Origin: Rhizophagus irregularis | Taxonomy: Eukaryota | Direction: 5' to 3' | Assembly (NCBI RefSeq): GCF_026210795.1 | Contig: NC_089432.1 | Span: 5,022,001-5,086,000 of the forward strand | Length of the DNA: 64,000 nucleotides | Shown here: one piece after another, positions 51,601 through 64,000 of the stretch | How positions within the stretch are numbered: position 1 is the stretch's first letter | How the letters are laid out: every line of letters begins with the position of its first letter | Notes under the pieces: model-generated | Seen by the model: only the letters and a program-made list of their open reading frames with translations | Told to the model about the DNA's origin: nothing | Database searches by the model: none | Program-made: the position numbers and the translations under genes

Positions 51601-52139
51601 GAATTTAATTTTAGATGGATCAAATCTAAAAAATCCAAAATCATGTACTGGATCACGATAAATTGGTTGTAATTCTACTTCTTCATAATCTCTAAAAACA
51701 GCTTGAGCAACGATGGGCCCCGGAGACACAACGTGACGATTTGATAAAATAATTCCTCTCTCTTTATCAACAACAAATCCTGTTGCCGAATATCCGCCTA
51801 AAAAAAAAAAAATAATTCATTAAAAATAATTCTCATTTTTTTTAAAAAAAAAAAAATTAATTAATTACCAGATGGTTCGGTATCAAAGGTTCTCACATGA
51901 TTGGCCTTAATAGATACGATGGCTTTTATAGCTTTTTCCAATGTGGTTTCCCAAGAAGGTGCTTCAGTTGATTTTTGTACACTTCCACGTAATTTTATTT
52001 TTCTCAATGTTTTAAAATTCAACATTTTCTTCAGCGCAATCTTCTGTGATCTCGGATTATCATGATGTATTTCATTATCACTCATTTGTTCACGGGTTGT
52101 CGCAGTTGGAGGATTTGATTTAAAATTTTCAAAGGACAT
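48688..52139 (-). CDS. NMA111: Nma111/Ynm3-like HtrA-family PDZ serine protease (~983 aa), exons 52139-51869, 51797-51473, 51388-50532, 50455-50271, 50180-49778, 49711-49290, 49176-48688
   Basis: Triad motifs [21 protein letters not shown] and [30 protein letters not shown] segments and a second degenerate protease repeat; exon lengths sum to 2952 nt in frame. Confidence 0.92.
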
Positions 52140-54695
52140 GAGATATTAATTAAATGTTGAACAAACAATTTTATTAAGTAATCAAAAAAAAAAAACTTCT
52201 TTCAAAAAGTCGATATCAAGATTTATTATTTTTGATAAAATGAATGAAAGAAAAAGGAAAGAAATAAAAAAAAAGTAACAAATAAATTTATGATATTACT
52301 TTGTCCTATTTTCTTTCAAAATAGTATTATTCTATAGTTTATTTACTGATCAGAAGTGCATAAATGCAATAAATGCAGTATTTATATAGATTTATATCTA
52401 GGATCTACGTAAAAAGTTCAATCACTTGACCTTTTGTACCCCTGATGAGTTTAACAAGAATAATTAATCAAGTGATCAACTTATTCCAAAATTAGTAAAA
52501 GTAATAAGCAGATTAAAATGTAACAACATAATAAAATTTGCATAAAACAAACAAAGAACCTTAAGACCCTTGTGAAAGCTTCCATAATTAGTTAATATGA
52601 ATGGATTATTTTTACGTAAATAATGTACTCACAAATAAATTGTAATACTGGAATATAAATATTATTTTATATTCCATTAATATTCTAGACGGCGGATTGA
52701 CAATGGATGAGTCGTACAAATTACGTTTACTGCCAATGCGACTTGTAGAATGAGTTTCCTTTTTTACTTTAAACTTATAGTAAATGGTTAGGAATGGTTA
52801 ATAAATTAAATGATCACAAATATATCACAAAAAAGGGAGATTGTATGATGATAGAAATACAGTATTTAAAAAAAAAGTTTGATCCAATTTGTTGTCATTT
52901 GCAAAAAAACTTTCTCATCCAATTTTTTGTCAATTCAAAAAAACTAAAATTCGAGAAAAAGTTGTAAAATATGGCAAATTAATATTGTAAATTATTATTA
53001 AAGAGATTTTTTGGTAACTTATAAGCCATTTATATTTATTAACGTTCCGATATAAAAATTAAATAATAAACGAAACGTTTAAAACGGTTCAAACGTTTCG
53101 TTGAATGGCCATTATGATACAATTAAAATGTTCGAAACAAGTAGAATTTCGAACTGAATTTATTTTAACTTACTAATATATCCAACTTTCCTTCGTTTCC
53201 TTCATATTATTTGATAAAACGAAGGAATCAAACCTTCGGTTTTTGGATTTATTATATCCGGTTCGTTCGTTTTATTTGAATTTTAATTCGAATTGGGGGA
53301 ACCGGATTTTAATCCTAAGGTCGAATAACGATTCCAACCTTTAGGAACAAATCTTTCTAATTCAATATTTTGGTAAAAACGCAACAAATAATAAAATGGA
53401 ATCTAATGATTTAATGATTCTGGTTAAATAATTTAAGTTACTAACAGAAAAGCATTGATAATAGTAATAATAATAGGACACGAAATATATAATATAAAGG
53501 TCAGGAAGCCAAAAAATTTTAACTACACATTCAAGGAACTGAAAATTTTCATGATTTTTTTGGCTGGTTACCGTACGCAAACTCAAACTTAACCTTTTTA
53601 TGTATATTTCGAGGTTTTATAAAAATAAATAATCTTAATGCCAATAACAATAGAGCTTTTCAGGGCTTCGCTTCAGAGGAAATTCGCTAGCGGCATATTG
53701 ATAGAAGTGAAACTTAAATTCAAAATGATCAACATATAAAAGTAATGACATACGAAATCTTTTGTTTATATAACATGGTTTCAGTTTATTTCGCGTCATA
53801 CTCAATATTAGTTATTTTTAATAATTTATGAACATTAAAAATAATGATGTATCTGAAACATACAACTTAAAAGGGGTTTAAGTTCCTGCTTTTATAAAAA
53901 AAAAAGATGGAATTTAAATTTTATTAAACTATGCAAAATGCAGTTAATGCAGTTAATGCCAAAACAAATAAAATAGTTTGTTTCTCATTAGTAAATAATT
54001 AGTAATAAGTCATAACAGTGTCACGAGTCACGATAAAATTTTAGATAAACAATATTCTCAAGGAAACTGGTTAAACTTTGTTATTTACTTTTATGAGAAA
54101 CTAACTATCTGGCAATAACAAAAAAATTTTATAGAAAAGTTGCTGAGATTATTGAATTATTAATGTTGTATATAAAGTATAGTAATTATTAATAAAAAGT
54201 ACGATGCAAAAAAATTAGTGTCGTGAAATATTGATGATATTGGTTTCGCGAGAAAATATTGGCGGACCTGCAGTGGGGACTGTGACAAAAAGAATGATTA
54301 AAAAACAATATAATAAGTCGCATAAACCCCTGAACTACATGTTGTATCCAAGGGATGGCTCATGTTATTCCAGATATAAGATATAACGACCGAAACTCCC
54401 CGAAGGTCGTAATTTTTAATTCGATTTCAAACATTTTAAGTTTTAATTTCAATGTAAGTTAGTTTAGTATTTCGAATGACATAGTGGTCTAACAATTGTG
54501 TATGCAAATTTATCCATGTGAGTTACTAGGAAACACAACATTGCCAATAAAAAAAAGACAAAATCCGGGGAATAATGCTAGAATAGTAGCAATAGTAAGC
54601 GATGAGATTGGATAGATCTCACGATTGCAAGGCTAAGCCTTCTCCAGAGTTAGTTAGTGCACTAGCGGACGTTACATCTGTATTTACAACGCCAA

Positions 54696-54891
54696 TAGCC
54701 CTGTTCAATTTCGGTCAATTGCATTTTTCGGCCATATGCAAAATAAACTATCCTATTAGTGAAACACGTTCGACCGAAATAAAACCACAATTTTTATGAG
54801 TCAAAAGGACAAATGTTTCATGTTTTACGCAAAAAAATTAGACAAATCAACCTGGCCAAAAAATGCAATCGACCGGGATTGCACAGGGCTA
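54696..54891. mobile_element. MITE with ~39-bp TIRs (TAGCCCTG ends, hAT-like)
   Basis: tagccctgttcaatttcggtcaattgcatttttcggcca pairs with tggccaaaaaatgcaatcgaccgggattgcacagggcta; TSD not recognisable. Confidence 0.8.
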
Positions 54892-55224
54892 ACATGCATG
54901 TTTTTTCTAAATAGGGGTTTATGAAAGTTCGCTGTAGATTTGACATACATTACTGATTTTGTGACATGGAGGTACAGTTTTAATCACTAATAATGGGTAC
55001 ATTAATTGGATTGGTCGTTGAATTGAATGGGATTGGATTCTTGTACAATCCACAATCCAATCCATATTCACAAAAGATCGACAGCATAGAACCCTGAATA
55101 ATTAAAATAAGTCCAATTGAATCTATAGGATCAACTCTATTAATCCATCAATAAATATTGAATTGTCGATCAATACAAATCCAATCCGATAGAACAAATG
55201 CTTTTTTTTTAAAAAAAAAATTTC

Positions 55225-55573
55225 ATCATAACGCTCACCAGGGGTAAAAATCACAAGGGTAAAATCACCCCAGTATTCACCTTTATCATATCTGATATTA
55301 CATAATTTATATTTATTATATTAAAGTTTAAATTTTTTCATCAGTTTAGAAAAAACAAAAAAACTAAAAAAAATCTAAAAATTTTTATACAGTACATTAT
55401 GTAAATTAAGGTGAAATTTATCTTTAGTGAATTTCACCATATAATATTGGAAATTTTATGTAAATCAAGGTGAAATTCACCTTTATTAAAATTTTACCAA
55501 AATTTTATCTCTTAATAAATATTTATATAAATTAGGGTAAAATTAACCTCTGGTGAATGTAAAATTAATTCTT
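55225..55573. mobile_element. Non-autonomous element related to 17322-17664
   Basis: ctcaccaggggt pairs with acctctggtga; repeated ggtgaaattcacc/gggtaaaatcaccc motifs. Confidence 0.5.
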
Positions 55574-55717
55574 CAAATAAATATTGGTTTTTAAAAAAAT
55601 TTTTTATGTTTTACAGTATAATGGAAGAAATTTATGATAATTCTTTTTCTTATATATCTGATTATTCTGATATCTCAGATACAAGATTTCTGTTAATTTA
55701 TGAGTATTGTAAGAATA

Positions 55718-55897
55718 CAGTCAAACCTTTATATAACGATATGTCGGGACATATATGTATAAAATTTTTAGAAAATATCAAAGTTATACCGATATTTATA
55801 TGTCTTCACATATAGTAGGAAAATAAAATTTTATCGGTATATCAAGTTTTTGATAGTATATCGGTATATCGAATATCGGTATATCGAGGTTAGACTG
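55718..55897. mobile_element. Tc1/pogo (Tigger-like) MITE
   Basis: TA|CAGTCAAACCTTTATATAACGA ... TCGGTATATCGAGGTTAGACTG|TA; TA TSD. Confidence 0.85.
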
Positions 55898-56282
55898 TAT
55901 ACAGTATATATATATAAATTCATTTTAAAATAATATATTTTATTATTTAACCAGAAAGCTCTCAAACACTATTGACAATAATTATGGTTCTAAGAGTTCT
56001 AAGATAATTTGTTTTCCATTGAACATTCAATATGACGACATCAGTTGAGGATTTGCCGATAATATGGGAAATAAAATAAATTTAACCAAATGTACCATAT
56101 AGAACTGAATAAAATACCTTATTTAAAAGATTGAATTATACCCGGGTATTTTGTATGGAACATGAAAAATTGGTTGGAATTAGTCTAATTTACCAGAATT
56201 AAAAATTTTTTAACCACATATTATACCCGGGGTATATTATAATGGATAGTCAGTGCTATACGGTATTTGAAGGTTATGCCTT

Positions 56283-56842
56283 ACGGTGTCCAGTCCGATG
56301 ATCTTCCTGAGTCCAGTCATGTTAACTTTTAGCACAGTCATGTGAATTTGGGTCCGGATCATCGGACCTTGCGGTCCAGTAGTGATTCACTTAAAATTAC
56401 TTGGGTATAGAGCTTGATCTACACAAATTTTTTTTTTTTACCGTTCGCTTTATAATGAGAGTTATTATAAAAAAATTTTTTTACTATTAAATATTTAATG
56501 AGATAATGGTTTTAGTAATGATATAGTATAAATTGCTAGGAACCTCTTGCTTCAATAATAATTTAAGAAGCAATTAATTTTTGTTAAAGTTTTTAATCAT
56601 TTTATTGTATAAAAAATGTTTATTTAAATCTAAACTAATAATTATTAAATACAAGAAAAAAAATAAAATGCAGATCGGTCATGTAAATTTAGTTCGGTCC
56701 GATTGATCAAATCACAGGACTTAGCACAGTTAATTCAGTCCGATGGTAGCGAAGTCCGATCAAAGGTCTGCATCAAAATTCACATGACTGTGCTAAAAAT
56801 TTACATGACTGGACTCTGAAAAATCATCGGACCGGACTCAGT
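56283..56842. mobile_element. MITE with long (~70-85 bp) TIRs
   Basis: gtccagtccgatgat...gagtccagtcatgt...ttttagcacagtcatgtgaattt pairs with aaattcacatgactgtgctaaaa...acatgactggactc...atcatcggaccggac; TA on both flanks. Confidence 0.85.
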
Positions 56843-57123
56843 AAAGATATTTGATATACACAGTATATACTGAAAGGACAATAATTTTATGAATTTATGA
56901 TGTGTAAAATATTTATATGGCTCTTGTTATTCTAATAATGAATATCCATTATATCAATTAGCATAATGTCTTTATTGACGATAATGACTATCCGAAAAAT
57001 CATGATTAAAAGAATTCTTATATCAAAATTTGCAAAATACTTTTAATATAATAGCATTAATAAATATTACCCTGTATAATAAATTATTTTTTAATTTCAT
57101 TATGTTATATTAATTAAGATATG

Positions 57124-57577
57124 TAGGGATGGCAAAAAACATGTTTTAAAACAATTTTGGCGTTTTAAAACATGTTTTAAACAAGTTTTAAAACATTAAG
57201 AACTTTACTCTTTACTACGTAATACATATTTGCAATAAAAATTTAAGCATTTTATTATATAAATATATACTAATTTTAAATCTTCTGGAAGATTTTACAT
57301 TTCATCAATGATCTTTTAATCGATCAATTAAATCAATAATGCCATTTCCACAACAATTACACTTTTAACGAGGTGTTTTTCGACCACGTCCATCAACTTC
57401 TGTAACTTTTTCAAAGTGCTTACAGACGTCTTCTGATGGTGGTCTTTCCACGAGAAATAATTTTAATACGCAATAATCATACCGATCAATGTTTTAAACA
57501 AAAAAAAAGTTTTAAAACAATAAAAAACTGATTAAATTGTTTTAAAACATCTTGTTTTAAATCACGTGCCATCCCTA
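57124..57577. mobile_element. hAT-type MITE
   Basis: TIR TAGGGATGGCA / TGCCATCCCTA; TTTTAAAACA subterminal repeats; degenerate 8-bp TSD AAGATATG/GATATATG. Confidence 0.82.
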
Positions 57578-60500
57578 GATATATGCAATTTGCATGATGA
57601 AAAATTTTTATTTACTAGACATTGATCACGTTTGATTGATCACGTGTAATCGAATTGGTTGGCTAAATGTCACGTGTCTATAGATCATTACTAATTTTTG
57701 ATAATTTTGACCCGAATTATGTTTGATCGCAGTTGATGGTACGATTAAATCCGCTGCTTTCCTACTTTAAATTAAGTTTTGTCCTTTCCTAAATTGTAAT
57801 TACGGTAGACAAATAAATATATTAACATACATTAATTATTGTTCTATCAGGTAGATTTAAATGGGTGGAATTGTTAATATGTACTATGTAGAGTGTAGAC
57901 TGTATGTTTAGAGGTTGTTGGTGCAAGAGATGGATTCTTCATGTTTCTAAACGTGACAAAGAATCGTCACATTGTAAAATGTAAAGGCGGGTAATTAATT
58001 AACCCATCACAAGTATTGGATACGCAGGGTTCGCGTTTATAAAATTTATCGAGATATCAGATATTAATCACGTGATAATCGTGATAATTTAAAAATTTGA
58101 TACAATTAGTAAAGAATTAGCACAAAATGTTTTCTTTAATATTTCAATGGTATTTGCTTGTTACCATGAATGAATTTTATTTTTTTGGATAAATGATAAC
58201 CTGATATTTGTATAAATTTTATATTCATTCATATAATATATATCATAAATTAATTAAATCACTACCGTACAGCGTTGCTATATGCAGCGTTATACGGTAG
58301 CAAAATAACGAATATTTGAACTCTATTCCAGCAAATATGGTTAAATTTTTTCCAAACTCCCTAACAAAATACTTTATTAAAAAATATTTAAAATAATTAA
58401 AACATGTGCCAAGAAATCAGAATAGATTTTATATAGTACATTACTATATCCCTAGACATACTATAACCTCAAAAGATGTCAATATAAGTTTCATGCTACG
58501 CAAATTTTTATTCTCAAAAGTCAAAATCTTAAATAACAGTAGTAAGTAAAAGTGGAATATCCTACCATTAAATTTTATTAATATTGATAATGTTCAAATA
58601 CATAAATACATTATAAATAAATACAGTATACAATAAAGTAAACACGAAAACAAAAACGACCCTATTAAATCATTCCTTGGGGACTATTATATGCGGTACA
58701 TTGAATTGTAATGATCAGGTTCCTTAACTTCTTCATGAGTATATTCTGAAATTAAAGATTAAGTCAGTTTAAATATATGTTAAGCTAAGTTTATGAATTA
58801 ATATTAGTAATTACCAGAAAAATTATCTTTGGACGGTACTTCATCTATAGTAGAATCCATGGAATTAGGTAATGAAAACCTGATGAATTGTTCTATGGCG
58901 TCTGTCATGTACAGTTCATAGTGGTTCGACCTATGCACGATACCATCGAGTTGTTTTACTTCTTCGATGAGGATATCCCAGATTTCCGGTTATACTCATC
59001 ATATTCGTCTATATATTTCGCCCAGCATTCCTTGCCTGTGTTATTAACTCTTTCAGTTAGAGATCACTTTCGAAAATTTCGTCATACTCCTTCATAAGAT
59101 TTCAACACAGTCTCATCTGACATCTGTAAGTGAACCATGAGTGTGATGTTAATGAACAGAAAACCGAATAGAGTATAATTGATAAAGGAAGAAGTACGAC
59201 TTAACGTTAATTAACAATTTATTGACTTACTTTAGCGTTGCGGTTGTATTTATTTTGAAATCTACGCAATGTCACAACATTTGTTAAAACGTTGTATTGT
59301 CGAATTACACTAAAATTTTTAATTAACCTTGTGTATTAGTTGCAGCACGCGTTGCAACACTGTATTTGTAATAATACAACCGCTACTCCAACTTACTTTG
59401 ATGCTAGAAATAATTAATAACTATAAATTCAACATTAATACCCTTAATTGTACGGTATATATTAGGATTTATAGAATCTTATCTACTTACTTCTAATCCA
59501 TAGTAGTAATTTGGCTTCTTGACTTGGTTTAGTTCTTTTTGATTCATCGGAGTTGCTGTGAATTATATGAGTACAATGAATATATTTTTTTTATCCAAGA
59601 ACTCCTTTAAACTAGAATGAATTATTAAATGTAATCAAATAGTTAATGTGGAAAATTATTTTTGCTAAAACTGAGCGTAGGTAATTTAGAAGACGATAAA
59701 GAATGAATACATCCATATGAAATTCACCTTTTCAAGTTTAGTTAAAATCAGATACCCGACTCTGGGACCTCGCACAATTTATGGTTTAGAATCGCTCACA
59801 CGAAATATTTGCGCCAATTGTCATTATGCAGTATTATTTGAAGTAATTATTAATGAGAAAACTAAATCATATAATCAATTGTGTGAAGATCTGTGTGACA
59901 ATGCAATGACAAAGCGAAAAAAATAAGAAATTTCAATAACAAATTATTTTTGTTTTTTTTAAAAAAAAAAGAAAGAAATAAAGAAAATAATAAAAGGTAT
60001 TATTATTTATTTTACTTTAATTTAATTTATTTTTATTTTTTTTCGAGAAATAATAGAAATAATTTATTTTATTTAACAATATTTCTTTGATAAAGATACT
60101 TTCTTCATTTAGGTTTTTTTTTTAAAAAAAAAACTAATTTATCTAAAATAAGATAACAGCGCCAATATGCATTATGATTTACCAAATTATAACAATTTTT
60201 TCAAATAAAAAAATTGAATAAATTACCTATCCTGCTAATAATCAAGTGATGAAAGTAATCAAAGTAAACACAAGATTCTTTATACATAAACATCACTAAA
60301 CTTTAATTAATATATTCAATTTAAAATACTGTTAACCGAGTATACATGTATAATAATTTAAAGTTTTCTTTCAAAAAATTTTTTTGTCCCTATTCTTGTT
60401 CCTTATACGGAATTTTATTTATCTGAAAAAAGTTCACATTTCGACGATCGTATTGTTCTTTTGTATTCTTTATGTAATTATTTTTATACGCCATAAACAA

Positions 60501-63482
60501 ATTTATTGAATTTCTTTACTAAATTTTATCAAAAGGGAGGTTATGTCACGGGGTTTGTCCCGATATATCAATAAAGACATAAAATCAATGATTTTAACTC
60601 GTTAACCATTCATAATTGCAGAAAGAAATAAAGATAAATATACTTTTTTTGGGGGTAAAATATGATGACGCAGCAAAACTTTAACCCGATAATATAAATA
60701 ATATTTATAATGTAATCTGTGATATCAGGGAATACCGTTTTTTATATACATTACAGTATTTTCTTTATATTATTATTAATATGACGCACGTAAATCTTTA
60801 ATTATTTTGAAAATTTTGGATCTTTTGACAACAACGCCGGAAGTTTACATCACGTGTGATTTACATATTTACAATAATTACAGAAATTTTGTGATCAGGA
60901 TCAAAGGTCAAATTTTTATTAAGAATAAAATACGAAATATTAATATTTAATATTTATTAATACTATTCATGCGGGTTTTGTATCATCAGTAAAAATATAT
61001 TTCTTTTACAAATTTCGAATTGTTATTCTCTAACCAATAAAATGAATGTACTGAAATAATCACATGATTAGCTTGGTAGGTCAATGAAAACTCTTAAACC
61101 AATAATCAACCAATAACATATTAATAATCAAATGAATCGAAATCTGTAGTCAACCGCTAAAATATGGTAAGAATCTATTAATTAATATTAATAACAATAT
61201 TTAAGGTAACTATAATTGTTTTAAAAAATCAGGTATTTTTCTGGATTATACAGGATGATAATTATTAAGTAAAGATAATATTTGACAAAAGTATTACAAT
61301 TGTATGGGGAACAATATTTTAAGCGTTAATTAATTTTAGTGGCGTAAATAAAGACTAATACCATTATTGCCGCTAAAGTGAAAAATAAAGTTGTGATCAA
61401 TATCATTGGTTAGATTTTGATAGCAGTTGTTTACTTTTTAATAATAATGATCTACTTACTGTATATAATTTTCCAGATTATTTATATAAATTCAATATTT
61501 CTGTTAAGTACTTATAATAATAATAATCATTTATTGTAACCTTTACGAGATCATGTTAATAACAACAATTACTTTAATAGCTTTAGTAGCATTTAGTGGA
61601 AGACCATTTATTTTGTAAAATAATTTAGCTTCAGCAGCTAAATGACAACTAGACAACTGTCACTAGTAAATCTGGTTTAGAAAGTATAATCTATTACATT
61701 TCTACAACACAATTTGTTAATAGTTTGTATAATGTTGACGATTTTATTCAATAAAGTAACAGGAATCATAAATAAAAAGCGGGGACATGAACGACACGTA
61801 AATTAGAACGTATACATCTAATAAGCCTATAAGAGTAATATCACCTAACTAAATAGAAATAACCATACACTAATAATAAAAAAGAACTTAAGGAATGGAT
61901 GTAACACAAAATCAACCCAATAGACTCAAGTCACGTGATCAAGATTTTTTACCGAAAAATATCTTTCCGCTAATAAGCCCTATTATTAAGCATGTCATAC
62001 GCCAAAAGTCAAACTATTGTGTAATAAAAAAATGACAGTTAATATTAAAATTAATATTGTTTGTAGTGTATAAAAAATATCACAATCAATATAAAAATAA
62101 ATAAATAAATAAAAATATAAAAATAAAATTAATAAAATAAAATAACAACAATTAAAACCTTTTAACGAATAAAAAGTGGCAACAAGTTCTACAAATTATT
62201 GTGATAAATAATAAATAACTAAAGCATAAAAATCCCACGATATATTTATATACAATGAAATACGAAGTAAGGGTTGAAAAAAAAGAAGCGTGAACGTGAT
62301 AATAAAAAAGGTATTAAAATATTTTATAATATATTAGTAATATTTTATATTATATTAGTGATATAAAAGATTATTTTTAATTTCATTCTTGGTGTAAATA
62401 TAAATAAAACTATACACAAAAAAAGGAAGAAAAAAAAGTTTACTCACTGTTTTTTCTTGCACAAAATAAATTGTGATCGCGTTGTCTTGCAAGGTACGAT
62501 CTCAACAATAATATGTGTTACATATTATATAAAAATATATGGAAGTATATTTTAAACATATTTATTAAAGTCTTTACGTTCTATTCTTTGTATATATATA
62601 GAGAATAAACTTGTATATTAAAAGTAAAAGAAAAACAGTTCGCTTATATCGTTCGTTACGCAATCTTAAAATAAAAGATTGATTGACTTCCGAATTTGAT
62701 TAATTATCTATATATACAAGATTAAACAAGGTTATACAATATTACAGTATATATGCCTATTCTATCAAGCCACAATTTTAAACCGAAAAGGGTAATTTTT
62801 CAATATGGTAACATTAACAATTGTCTACTTTAGGATTGTAAAAAATTTTGATATGTAAATTCTAAAATTATAAAATATTAATATTAATATTAATATTAAT
62901 AATATATTAATAATAATATATATTAATAAAAAATAAAAAAATTTTTATTATAAGGAATTTTTATTTGGGTTGGCTAATTACGCCAAACACTAAAAGTTAA
63001 CCATTTCATACTATCATAATATTCGGTACAACTTATAATAAATTATGCAGTATATATATATATTTATTTTTAATTATTTGTGATCTGGATGTTACAACGT
63101 AAATTCCGATTCGTTAAGCAGCTATCTTTCCCTTTCACAATAATTCATCTTTTTTTTGTGAATCAAAAACTAATATATATATATGCGGTTAAATCTCAGC
63201 AAATGACCAGGTCACAAGTTGAACGGTACTGCTGCAATCAGTCTTCGGGAATACATATAAGGGTTAAATCTAAAAAACATTGATTGATTTTGGCAGTTTA
63301 TAACTTTACAAGGAATTTCGTGTAATTTCATGTAATTACCATACTTGGAAACAAAAACTTGATATAAATAGTTAAATATTATGATTTTTTTTTTCAAAAA
63401 AAAAAAATGTTTTTCATGCTCTCTTTTTTTCGTGCTCAAATAAATTAAAAATAATACTTGTAATAATAATATATATATAATT

Positions 63483-64000
63483 ATGTCTGAAACGAACGAG
63501 TGGGCAAATTGGATAGAAGAGGCTATTTCTAAAAAACATATTAGATATTATGAGTATGAGTACTTTAGTAATATTCAAGAAATTGGTGTTGGTGGCTTCG
63601 GTAAAATTTACCGTGCTAATTACAAAAGTTCAGAACAATATCTCGTGTTAAAATCTCTTCTTAACCTTGATAATATCGCTATTAAAGAGCTCGTTAATGA
63701 GGTGATATTTTTGTTCTTCATAAAGTTAACATATTTTCATATTTTTTAAATTTTTTTTTTTTTTATTATATTTAGCTTGAACTACAACGTGATGTTACTT
63801 TCCATGATAACATCATTAGCTTTCATGGGATCACCACAGAGAAAGGTATTTAATTTAATGTTGCATTATTATAATTTAAATAATAATAATAATTTTTTCT
63901 TTTTTTTTTTTTTTTAGGAAATCAACATGAGGCCTTTAAGAAATACTTATTGGTGATGGAATACGCTGATGGTGGTTCCCTCAAAAAATTTTTAAAAGAA
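63483..64000 (+). CDS. G8: 5' part of a further TKL kinase gene (exons 63483-63701, 63776-63845, 63918->64000)
   Basis: NEWANWIEEAI, GVGGFG, LVLKS, FHDNII and [12 protein letters not shown]; same intron positions; runs off the window. Confidence 0.88.

Noticed and set aside
58262..58299. Short hairpin ctaccgtacagcg...gcgttatacggtag as ncRNA or terminator
   Set aside because: Isolated imperfect palindrome with no tRNA or other RNA-family features.

Overview
Very AT-rich eukaryotic DNA with short spliceosomal introns. Gene content and style point to an arbuscular mycorrhizal fungus (Glomeromycotina, Rhizophagus-like); this is an inference, not a database match. The first ~43 kb is a birth-and-death array of five-exon genes encoding a cytosolic tyrosine-kinase-like (TKL) kinase fused to about six C-terminal Sel1-like repeats. 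There are seven complete copies (G1-G5 on +, a divergent G6 on -, G7 on -), a further kinase gene starting at the right edge (G8), and at least seven relics. G2 keeps an open frame but has lost the catalytic HRD Asp. The Sel1 repeats are hypervariable at helix-A positions and mosaic between paralogs, and most copies share an upstream ACTGCGG-T-ACTGCGG motif. Together this suggests a diversifying intracellular sensor-kinase (innate-immune-receptor-like) system. The window also holds an intact Nma111/HtrA-type PDZ serine protease gene with a GC-AG intron, a small predicted membrane protein, a decayed nuclease-fold+kinase (Crinkler-type) gene with an internal inverted duplication inside a ~5.7 kb insertion, a ~165-bp tandem repeat, and many non-autonomous DNA transposons (hAT, Mutator-like, Tc1/pogo-like). 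Exon coordinates were derived by hand from GT/AG sites and reading-frame continuity.
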